From Octopus sinensis (Eukaryota), in NCBI RefSeq assembly GCF_006345805.1, contig NC_043009.1:57040001-57104000 (forward strand): DNA of 64,000 bases, read 5' to 3'. This document shows positions 24,851 through 35,937 of this stretch, in pieces (the first letter of the stretch is position 1; every line of letters starts with the position of its first letter). The notes under the pieces are model-generated. The model did not search any database, was not told where the DNA came from, and worked only from the letters and a program-made list of their open reading frames with translations. The position numbers were made by a program, and so were the translations under genes.

Positions 24851-25950
24851 TACTTCTTAGTGGGGAATTTTTTTTTAGCTAGTTTATAAACAAGTGTTTA
24901 GCCACGTGGTTCTGGGATCGATCCCGCAGAACGGCAACTTGGCTATGTTTCGTGTGCAGTAATTAGTTCAAAGAGGGAAGTGATTTTTATGTCGTACCTA
25001 AGAGAAACTTTGACATTCCGAGTAGAGCCCTTTGTCGGAGAGATGAGTGAATTTTCTACGACAGGCAGCGGAATTAAAGAGACAGAAACCTTATGAAAGT
25101 CTTGTTATTTATATATGTGTGTGTGTGCGCGAAGAAATTTAAGAACCCCGAAAGTTTTTTTTTTTTTTTTCAATTATAGATATTATTCAATTATAGATAT
25201 TATTTTAAGCTTCTAAAAGCTTCACGTTATTGATTATTCAACCGATTTAAATAATTACTAGAGAGAGAGGTTTGCATAAATGGAAAAAAAAAATCGTTGT
25301 TGCTTTTTAAACACTGCATATCCGTCCGAAGGGTCGGCCGCAACGAACCCAGGGAAGAGGCGATGCAGAAACCAAATGCTGCTTAATGCATGCTGTGACA
25401 CGCTGTCATTAAATAAATCCAATTAGGCCCCCAAAATATTGCTTTGCTCCAAGGCGTGTGTAGGTGGCTGCAAAACATCGATAAGACAGTCCCCTCGCCT
25501 TTAAGCGCCGCAATGAAGCGATTCAACCGGCAGGTAACGAGGAAAATATAGCTGGAGAAGATACACCATTGAAAGCTATAGACACAGCTCGGCTGCAGTC
25601 CAATTAATTGCTGGAACCACTTAATAAAAAATGATAATAAGGAAATTAAGTGAATATCATGTAGGCATGTGGTTTACTTACCGGTTTGGTTCCTGTTCCA
25701 GGATATGTGAGTTCGCCGTTGTTGCAGAGGTACAAGATGAATGTAAAAATGTAAAAAACTCCCACACAGAGGGCAGACAAAAAAAACACAACAATAACCA
25801 ACATAAGAGAAGACTCCAATGCGTGCGACGACGACGGTGGCGAAGGAGTCACACAAAGACTGTGACGAGAAATTGCAACTTGTGATGGTGTTGATGGTGG
25901 TGGTGGTAGTTGTAGTAAGATAGCGAGGGGGAGTGGATAGAGAGTTCACA
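23400..25950. promoter_or_regulatory. CpG-retaining, SINE-free island; likely promoter/5' regulatory region
   Basis: No copies of the three dominant retroposon families between ~22.1 and 26.8 kb, unlike the rest of the window; visibly more CpG (e.g. 24285-24320, 25320-25560); contains the candidate first exon donor. Confidence 0.45.
25682..25930 (-). other. Putative first (5') exon of the minus-strand host gene
   Basis: Consensus donor CCG|GTAAGTAAA at 25682/25681 on the minus strand, in unique CpG-containing sequence next to long (TA)n. The 5' boundary is a guess; linkage to the 8924 acceptor is inferred from strand and order. Confidence 0.5.
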
Positions 25951-25963
25951 TATATATATATGA

Positions 25964-26050
<87 letters not shown>

Positions 26051-27060
26051 TTACACGCACGCACATAAATACTCTCTATACTATTACTACAACACCACCT
26101 AAGTTTATATATATATACAAACACACATTAGAGAGCGAATGTATGTGTATACATATATATATATATGTGTGTGTGTATTATATATAATATATATTGTATA
26201 TATATATATATATTGTGTGTGTATTATATATAAATATATATTGTATATATAAATATATATATATGTTATATATATAAATAAATATATATATTATATATAT
26301 ATAAATACATATATTATATATATATATATATAATATATATATTATATATATTATATATATATATAGATATATATATATATAAATATATATGTAAATATAT
26401 ATATATTATATATATACATATTTATATATATAAACAATATATACCACACACACACACACACACAGATATATATGTGTATATATATACATAGTAAACTTTG
26501 GTTGCAGAACAAACAAACATAAGGTCATCCACATAACATATCACATCTTGAACATTTAATCACATAATGCTTTTTCTTTCACATAGAATATAGGTGCATA
26601 AAATCACAGAAGATGAAACGTAATTCATCAATACAAGCATATAAGGCAAATGTGGGAGTACAGTCTATTGCAATTAAAAATTAATATTTTAGCGACTAAA
26701 AAGATATATTTTAACATTATAACATCTAGAATAATAAATATATAAAAATATAAAGAAATATATAAATATATAAATCAATAAATATATAAAGATATAAAAA
26801 TACAAAAATACATATCCTTAAATCCTTAAAAATCCATATATATATATATAGGAAACATAAATATATAATCCAGCTGTAGAAACATTGCCAGATAAGACTG
26901 GAGCCTGGTGCAGCCTTCTGGCTTCCCAGATCCCCAGTCGAACCATCCAACCCATGCTAGCATGGAGAACGGACGTTAAACGATGATGATGATGATGATG
27001 ATGATGATAAGGTAACATAAAAGTTCATCATTTAGAAATTTTTCGATTAAAAATTATTTT

Positions 27061-27134
27061 TTAAGATAGGGGAAAATCCATTATGAAAAGCCAGTGTCCA
27101 CTGGCTTTTCATAATGGGTTTCCCCTTATCTTAA
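27061..27134. repeat. Near-perfect 74-nt fold-back
   Basis: ttaagataggggaaaatccattatgaaaagccagtg-tc-cactggcttttcataatgggtttccccttatcttaa. Confidence 0.92.
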
Positions 27135-27170
27135 CTTTTATCTTACCCTTATACACCAAATGGGCCAAAA

Positions 27171-27404
27171 GATGTGACTGGCAAGTGTTGTGGATTTACT
27201 GTGTTTCTCGTATCTAAAAGAATTGAGATGAGCGGCATATTGCTGTTTAAAATTTATGGTTGACCCTCCATATATAGCTGTAGAATTGTGTAATGTGTTG
27301 AGGACAGTGCATTTATAAGTTACATTAGATCTTTTACAATGGGTTTGTAGAGGGCAGCTGGACCCAGGACAGCAGTTACAAGTGGGTGTATTTAGGGGAT
27401 TATT
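27171..27404 (-). pseudogene. Penelope-like GIY-YIG endonuclease fragment (78 codons, not in the supplied ORF track)
   Basis: Hand translation NNPLNTPTCNCCPGSSCPLQTHCKRSNVTYKCTVLNTLHNSTAIYGGSTINFKQQYAAHLNSFRYEKHSKSTTLASHI aligns motif by motif with the 51563-52021 ORF (CxC..C..C, V.YKCT, Y(I/G)G.T.NF, H..SF, TTL..(K/H)I). No ATG; the catalytic Arg position reads Gln. Confidence 0.8.
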
Positions 27405-28042
27405 TTCAGGATATCAAATACATCTATTTATAGAAATTTGACAGCCTTGTATTCTTCCCTCCACTTTAAATCTTACTACTAAAACTACTTCTCACTTTGG
27501 TATCACTCCATCCATACTTTTTCTCTACCCATCCCTTAATACAGCCCTATCATATCAACCCACTCACATATCTCAAACTTATTCACTCCTTACTTTCTTA
27601 TCTCTTCCTATCCACCTTTTTCCCACTCCTCTCCCATCCTCCCCCCAAATTCTCTTGACCACTAACTAACACTCCTTTTCTCAATTCTTTCACCCTTCAC
27701 TTATTCTTTCTTTTCCACTCTTTTCACTTTTTCTCTCCCTTTTTTCCCTCTTCCTGTTTTCATTTTGACCTATCTCCTCATTCTAATCATACACATCTCC
27801 CCCTCCCATCTATCCATAAATACTACCAATACATAAACAAATTTTCATTCACATCACAAGACCCTTTCAAATGAGCAACACAAAATCCACTGCTCCATTC
27901 TTTGAAATGACCAAACATGAACTACTATTATATTTTATATTTTATTTCTACTTTCATTCTTTTATTTCCCTCTATATTCCTTTTCCATAATAATTCCTTA
28001 TTTCAAACTCAAATATTTACCTCTGTTTAACCATTTCAAATC

Positions 28043-28090
28043 GTCTCTGATGAAGGTATATCCATAATATCCCAGAAATAGCTGTAAGAC
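28043..28090 (+). ncRNA. Minimal type I hammerhead ribozyme (Penelope-type)
   Basis: GUCU-CUGAUGA-a-GGuAUAU-ccaua-AUAUcCC-a-GAAA-UAGCU-GUA-AGAC. Stem I GUCU/AGAC; palindromic AGCU in stem III; GUA triplet. Confidence 0.8.
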
Positions 28091-28322
28091 TATATCTATA
28101 TCTTTTTGCTTATAAATGTCCTGAAAACTACTCACAGTCTTGGGTTTGTTATCACATTTTGCCTAATATATATATATATGCATGTATATATATATATATA
28201 TATATATATATGGAACGAGGGCATTTGAATATAACTGCGAATATAATAGGCCGAACTACTCGTATCTTTGACTTCGTGTTAATATCTGGCGTGCAGTTCG
28301 ACAAATTATATTTTATGACGAA

Positions 28323-28397
28323 TCTCACTGATGATCTGTGGATTTATTGTGTAAGTAATATTGCATAATTTATTAACAGTGAAACAATTGTCTGGGG
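28323..28397 (+). ncRNA. Type I hammerhead ribozyme with extended stem II
   Basis: UCUCA-CUGAUGA-u-CUGU..AUUGUGUAA-guaaua-UUGCAUAAU..ACAG-u-GAAA-CAAUU-GUC-UGGGG. Stem I with two G-U pairs; stem III palindrome ACAAUUGU. Confidence 0.7.
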
Positions 28398-28699
28398 TTA
28401 ATCTATATTTTTGTTATTTTTCATTTGTCCTGCTCGCTTACATTCATAGTGCTAAATTTTTCTCGAGAACAATTCTTAGTGGTTGAGATCATTGCGGATC
28501 TATTTTTAGCGTAAGAGCGTCCACATAGTGGATTCTCTCTCATATTTGTGTATATATATATATATATGTAAAATTGAAAAAATTGGAGTCAACAAGGAGT
28601 ACAGTTGGACATTTATTTTCAATCACTTCAAGTGTTTCTATGTAATGTAGTTCCCCAGACTACAATATTTATGTATCGCCTGAAGAAACACAACTAGAT

Positions 28700-29658
28700 C
28701 TTATAATGCAGGGAAAGGTCAAGTACCTACACACCTGGAGAACTACATTGCATAGAAACAATTGTATACAAGTTGTATACAAGCGGGCTGAAAAGAATAG
28801 CATGCAGTTCAATACTGAAAAGTTTCAAGCTTTATGCTATCAGCATGCAAAACTAAATACACTGGACCTGGAGGCATTGCAATCCCAGAGGCACAACCAG
28901 TGCGAGACCTGCAACCTTTCATGTGCATGTTGCTAAATTGACAATGAAATGTAGGCAGCTGACCGGATGGATTCTTAAAGCTTTTAGAACAAGAGACCAG
29001 GAAACCATGATGGTCCTCTGGAGGACACTTGTCCTAAGCCACTTTGACTATTGCTCTCGGCTATGGTCACCAACCAGTGTCAAATTAATCACAGAACTTA
29101 AGGCACTCCAATGAAGCTACATGAAGAAGATAGCCTCTGTGCAGCATATAAGCTATTGGGAAAAACTCAAGAGATTAAAACTCTATTCCTTAGAGCGTAG
29201 GTAAGAAAGATATGCCATAATATACATCTGGAAGATCCTGGAAGGACTTGTCCCAAACTTTGGCATCGAGAGTTACACAAATACTAGAACTGGGCGCCAC
29301 TGCATAGTGCCAAGGACTCCAAATTTGCCATCAAGATGTAGGACAAGATACTGTGATAGCCTGGGCTTCAGAGGTCCACAGCTCTTCAATATCCCCCTGA
29401 AGGACCTGAGAGACCTGCATGGAGTGGATGCAGATGTCTTTAAGATAAAGCTGGACCTCTTCCTGTCAGGTAACCCGGATGAACCAACTTTATGGCAGGA
29501 GGTGCAGATGAGGGCAGCTGCATCAAACTCTCTCATGCACCAAATGTCAATTGCTAAAAAGCATTCATGAAGTAAAATCATGTAGCAACACCGAATGGCG
29601 GTGCCCCAGCATGGCCACAACTTGTGAGCTGAAACTAGATAAAATAAAAATAAAATAA
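28700..29658 (+). mobile_element. CR1/L2-group LINE, 3' fragment (decayed ORF2 C-terminus plus 3' UTR)
   Basis: Pieces MQFNTEKFQAL, GWILKAFRTRD, LVLSHFDYCSRLWSP, YWEKLKRLKLYSLERR, IYIWKIL match the CR1-group post-RT region; stops and frameshifts present; ends in an (A/T)-rich tail. Confidence 0.85.
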
Positions 29659-30943
29659 TTAAAACACCCACCCACACACACACACACAAACCTTCTCCAA
29701 ATGCTACTCCTAATTTCACACTTTCAATTCTCAATTCAAAGATCGTCAACATGAAACTCGGAGTAAATAAATATCATTGAAGATTTCAGCTTCCAATAAA
29801 TTTTCTATCGAATATGCTCTTTTCCTCCTTGTAGAATTTTTCAACAAAGGTCCAAGCATGGATGTGCAGTTAAGAAGCTTACTTTACAACTATGCATTTC
29901 GGGTTCAATCCCTCAGCTCAGCACCTTGGGTATGAGTCTTCTGCTATAGTCCTGAGCTGACTAATACTTGTGAGTGTATTTGGTAGCCAGAAACTGTGTG
30001 GAAGCCCGCTGTATATATATATTTGCCAGGGGTGTAACCAGCCCACTTATGCATACCTTTTCCGTCTTTGGACACTAAACTCTGCTTGCGAAGACCTGTT
30101 GAGACAAGTGAAATCACAATCAAAAATTTGATGACTAGCATCTGTGCTATCAGGGTGCAAAGAGCACCATACGAGTATGATCATTGACAGAGTGGCTAAC
30201 TGGCTTCCGTGCCAGTGGCACATAAAAGGCACCATTCGAGTGTGATTGTTACCAGCGCCGCCTTACTGGCACTTGTGCCCCATGCTAGTAGGGTGCTAAG
30301 AGCACCATCCAAGCGTGATTGTTGCCAGAGCGGCTAACTGCCTTCCATGCCGGTGGCACATGAAAGGCACCATTCAAGCGTGATCATTACCAGCATCGCC
30401 TTACTGGCACCTGTGCCGGTGGCATGTGTAAAAAGATTCGAGCGATGTCATTGCCAGTATCGCCTGACTGGCCCCCGTGCCGGTGGCAAGTAAAAGCACC
30501 CACTACACTCTCGGAGTGGTTGGCGTTAGGAAGGGCATCCAGCTGTAGAAACTCTGCCAGATCAAGATTAGAGTCTAGTGCAGCCATCTGGTTCGTCAGC
30601 CCTCAGTCAAAATCGTCCAACCCATGCTAGCATGGAAAGTGGACGTTAAACGATGATGATGATTATATATATATACATATATATATATGTGTGTGAATGT
30701 GTGTGTGTACGTATCTACATGTGTGTGTTTGTGTCTATGTTTGTTTCCCCATCATCACTTGACAACCAGTGTTGGTTTGGTTGTGTCCTGGTAACTTAGC
30801 AGTTCAGCACAAGAGATCGATAGAATAAGTACCAGACTTAACGAAAATATAGTGAGGTCGATTTGTTCAAATAAACCTTAAGCCTTTCAAAGCGTTGCCC
30901 CAGCATGTCCGCAGTCCAATCACTGAAACAAGTAAAATATGAT

Positions 30944-31013
<70 letters not shown>

Positions 31014-31186
31014 CGTGTGTGTGTGTGTACGTATACCCACAGCTAATTTGTGACTGTACTTGCGGAGTGGGAGTAACAGTGAATGTGGTGGTTATGGTAA
31101 GAGGTGATGGCTGAATAGAGAGGGTGTATGTGTGAAGTTTGTAACTGTTGTATATAATGATATGGCTCCTGATAGCTTCCAATGAG

Positions 31187-31217
<31 letters not shown>

Positions 31218-31458
31218 CAGTGGGGGGAGATGATCACGGATAATCAACCGACCACGGGTACAACCTCTAACAACCTTCACATGGGCACTGTAGACAGGTA
31301 GACCTACAAACGGCACACATAAACATCCAGACTTCATACAACCAAGGCTTCATGTAACACAAGACTGAAAACGGCTGAATAGTGTGTGTGCGTATGTGTG
31401 TGTATGTATGTTTGTGTGTGTGTCACATATACTCATGTCATATATATATACACGCATA

Positions 31459-31491
<33 letters not shown>

Positions 31492-32254
31492 TCCATCTAC
31501 CAAATCGACTATATATATATATATATACATATGTGTGTGTATGTTTGTGTGTCTGTGTTTGTCCCCTCAACATCACTTGACAACCGATGCTGGTGTGTTT
31601 ACGTCACCGTAACTTAGCGGTTCGGCAAAAGAGACCGATAGAATAAATACTAGGCTTACAAAGAATAAGTCCTGGGGTCAATTTGCTAGACTAAAAGCGG
31701 TACTCCAGCATGGCCACAGTCAAATGACTGAAACAAGTAAAAGAATAAAGAATATATATATGTTGTATGTATGTATGTATGTATGTATGTATGTATGTAT
31801 GTATGTATGTATTGACGTTTGTTTTGTGCTTATGTCTATATATGAGTGTGCGTGTATGTGTATGTAAACAAATATATATACCAAACATATATACACACAT
31901 ACTATGCGTGTGTATAATGCACTTATACGCAGACATGTTTGTGTGTATGTTCGCGTAAATGTGTCTTAATATTCAATGCACAGTTCACATGGGCCCAGAT
32001 GACACGTTTGACTGAGACTTGTGTGCATTGAGGTGGAAAGGCAAGATAAAGGAGGACGCCAATAGAGAGAGAGTGTGTGTGAGTGTGTGTGTGTGTGTGT
32101 GAAAGAGAGAGAGGGAGAGAGAATAACAGAGAAGGAGAAAGTAAAAGGGAAACAGAGAGAGGGGTGGTAAATGAGAGAGAGACGAGCGGAGGAAAAAAGC
32201 TATGGTGGATATAAGAAAGATTACAAAAAGAAAGATAGACAGACAGATAGATAG

Positions 32255-33843
32255 CTATGTTTCTTTATTAGCCACACAGGGCTGAACACAGACGGGACAA
32301 ATTACAAAGCAGAGCTTTTCTTTTTGGGGAAGAAAAAAGAAAAAAAAGTGGGGTAGGTTTTCGATCAAAAGAGATCGTAAAAAGGAAAGAAAGGAAAGAA
32401 AAACGATCAATAGGGATCGTGTATCACAGAAATGTCATGATGTAAAGTGTAAAGGGGGAAACAGATAAGGTTTATCCGTGGAAAGAAAAGCCTACGGAAA
32501 AGACCACGGTAACCTCGGTCAATAATGTCACATGTTAACACATTTATTTGTAAGTAAGTAACTCTGTTTTAAATTTTTCCGGGTTCATAGGATCAGGCTC
32601 AAGGTGGCTTCGTCATTCATGCGTACCATCCTTGCTACATTCACCCATCTTTTTCTGAAACACTCGCTAGACAAAACTTGCCTCTCTACTCTCACTTTCC
32701 TTTTCAAGTGATACTTGAAGAAGTTGGTGAGAGATTGACCAGAGAGGAAAGTGTTTGTCTCTAATCTTTTCAGACGCGTCCACCAGATACATTCTTTTGC
32801 CATAGCCACAAGTATGATGAAAATAGCTCTTCCTTCCCTCACTTCGGCCGCCGTGATGGCATATTCGCAGCACTCTGCCTCTCTTGCCGAGAGTCGTTGC
32901 ATGCTGTGCAGGTAGGCACTGAAGTCCACCCGGCGTTCACGCTCACCACTCGTCCTGTACAGTCGGGCAAAATGCCGCTGAAATACCTCGCACATCTTGC
33001 GGGGCTTGGGCAATTGGCGCCCTTGTTCGTCTACCAGAGACCGAATGTGGCTTTGTTGCCCCGCTACACCTCCGACACCCGGGCCTCTCTCGCGGATCCA
33101 ACACCTTCCATCCTTAGAGCACGCATCCTAGCCCTGACAGCACACCCTTCGTGTTTGGCGTTGAAGTGTTGGTCAAGGGCCAACCACGCCGCCAAAACGT
33201 CGGATGCTATGCCGCTTCTTATTGCCTCTTCTAACTTCTTAACTAACTCACCCTCTACTCTGTTTCTATCTACGGCTAGTGCCTTGCTATATCTAATTGC
33301 TTCCGCTTTTTCTGCTCTCTTGAGGGCGAACCACCATTTGTTGTTGACGATGGCTCCCGTCAAAGCCCTCTTTACTAACGTGTTGATTCGGTCTCTGAAA
33401 ACCTGTCTGGACGGGAAATATGCGTTTAGTTTCCAGTAACCGGGACCCTGCCTATGTGCCTTATCTAAGTCTAGCGTACACGTCAGGAATTTGTGGTCCG
33501 TGTAGCTGACTGTGTGGAATTATGGACATCCTAAACTATCCCTATCTACTGTCCTACACAGTATCCTATCTAGATACGATCTAGACGACCCAATGCGGTT
33601 GCTCCATGTCTACGTTGGTGCATTTAGGTGGTCGAGTTGGTACCTGTCAGACAGTTGGAATCGTCTGAGCAGGTCTCTGAGGCATTTGCATCCCCGTCTG
33701 TTTTTGTCTCTCCCCACATAGTCTAGATGTGTGTCCAAGGTAGCATTCCAATCCCCAACTAAAAGTAAAGGACGAGACGTTCCCAGGAATACTTCTAGAC
33801 GTCGAAAGAAATCCGGCCGACCTGTTAAAGGTAGTGCATAGTA
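32255..33843 (-). mobile_element. Tx1/L1-clade LINE, 5'-truncated, RT domain deleted in frame
   Basis: AP-endonuclease motifs LVGDWNA, SYLDRIL, YTDH, GYWKLNA (33840-33420, two stops); linker; junction at ~32835 joins AITAAEVRE to GRAIFIILVAMAKECIWW (C-terminus homologous to 46620-46901); 3' UTR ends aataaagaaacatag. Confidence 0.88.
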
Positions 33844-33845
33844 GG

Positions 33846-33886
<41 letters not shown>

Positions 33887-33890
33887 GGAT

Positions 33891-33963
<73 letters not shown>
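33844..33963. repeat. (GATA)n/(GACA)n microsatellite
   Basis: Directly visible; a short matching tract lies at 32234-32254 on the other side of the Tx1 copy. Confidence 0.95.
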
Positions 33964-34079
33964 AGCGGAAGGAATACGAAAGAGTGAGAGGGTTAGCGTG
34001 TAGATGAGTAAAATTAAGAGACTGGCAATGAAGAAAGAACGATGTATCTGTATGTGCGTGCGTGTGTGTGTGTGTGTGT

Positions 34080-34125
<46 letters not shown>

Positions 34126-35514
34126 ACATTATTCAGTTTATTTCAAGATTTCTTGCCAATAGAAAAAGAACCAGTTTCTAATCTCGATCCAGGGGTCCTT
34201 CATTGGAATTTCAACATCAACAACAGGGTATTTTTGTATGTATGTACGTACATATTTATGTATGTATGTGTATATATGCATACGTGTGGAGGGAGGGTAA
34301 GAGGAAAATGATGTGGGGGAAAGAAACAAAGAGAGATAGAAGACAAATAGAGAGATAGAGGTGGCAGCCGAATAAAGAAAAGAAGAGGAATTTATAGTCA
34401 CTGATTAAAAAGATTTTGTTAAAGTAGTTAATGTCGTTGTTGTTGTTGTTGCTTGTGGTGGTGGAAGAGAGCCGAGTGAGCGGAGATAAAGTGTAAAAAT
34501 TGCGATAAGGAGGCGAAGCTTAACACAATCTATAGAAAATAGTGGTAAAGTGGACGTGGTTAAGAAAATGAAAGAGAAAGTTAAAAGTGAGACGGAGGTG
34601 GGGGAAATATGGCGTGTGATGTTTAGAGATAAATTGCAACGGTAAGAGGGTAAGGTAAGAGAGATAGTGAAACTGACGGTGATAAAGGGAAAGAGTGTAG
34701 AATAGAACAAACGGGGAACTGAGAGTGTGAGAAGGGTCGGATAGAAGCGGGGGTGGGGGTGAATGAAAGAGAAAGAGAAGGAACTAAGAAAGAAAACAAA
34801 CGGACTGATATAATAAGATGAGAAGACAGGAGAGCGAGGAGACGGCAATGTGAAGGAAGAGGAAGGGGGGCTCTTAAGAATGTTGGGGGTCAACATATTG
34901 AATCGAACATTGTTTGCGACCTGTTGTATTCAGAGCCGTAGTTAATGACACGGCCCACTGCACCACCAACAATTGAAGGTAGAAGCCAACGAGACGACAT
35001 ACATGGCCGCCACCTGACCTGCAAGTAATAGCAGCCAAATCTCCCTCAATTCAATTTGTACTCTCTTAAAACAGGACACATTGGACAGTGTAAAGCCCTC
35101 GGGATGGTCCTACTTGAAAAGCGTTTGATTGTTGGTTGGTTTGCTTGAAAAGGGCTGACTCGGAGTTAAACAACATAGTAGGGATTTCAGAGTTGTCTCA
35201 AGTGAAAACAGTGATCATTATTAATGTTAATGAGTCATCTTTGCATTTCGGATTTGATTTTAATGAACATGCAGCAGGTGGGCGTTTCATTACATTAAAA
35301 GCCTACACTTAGTTATGTATTCCTCATGCAGAAGGTATCCATGGCATTTCCCTCTGTCGCATTGACAGAGAACGGTGTGTTGTAGTGATAGCGATAAGGA
35401 AGAGGGTGATTGGAGAAAATGGTGAGTGAGTGAGTGAGCATGTGAAAGTGAGAGCTCGTCAGAGAGAGGAGTAAAAAAGTAAGAGAAAGATGTGGAAGAG
35501 ATAGAAGAGAATGG

Positions 35515-35937
35515 GGATCTTTTCGGTTTGAACGGCAGTTTTTTCTAGCGGTGTTATATGAAATTGTCACCCATAATTATGACCCTAGTATCGATCTATT
35601 GCATTTCAATCTGTTTTAGGGTTAGGGTTAGGGTTAGGGGTTGGGGGAAGGGTATCTTTTTTTCTTCACAAATGTAAATAAATCCAATCTGTTTCTTAAA
35701 CGAGGGACATATTCATACGGCACAGAATGTTTGTTACCTCAATGGACGTCATTGATTGGTTGAAATTGCAGAAATTGAAGAAAAAAAACTACAAATATCT
35801 TACAAACTATAGAATTTTCTCAATAAAGCCAAGAGAAAAAGATGTTTTATAAACACATTCTACCAGTATACGAAGTTTAAAAGTTTTTAGTTACCTAGAA
35901 ATTATGTTAAAAACTGCGGTTCAAACCGAAAAGATCC
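35515..35937. mobile_element. Non-autonomous DNA transposon with 8-bp TSD, containing (TTAGGG)3-4
   Basis: TIRs ggatcttttcggtttgaac.gcagtttt / aaaactgcggttcaaaccgaaaagatcc; flanks gagaatgg / gagaatag (7/8). An inverted copy of the left ~120 bp lies at 36265-36384. Confidence 0.75.

Noticed and set aside
35616-35640. Telomere or chromosome-fusion scar (TTAGGG)n
   Set aside because: Only 3-4 units, and they are an internal part of a TIR element that recurs at 36265.
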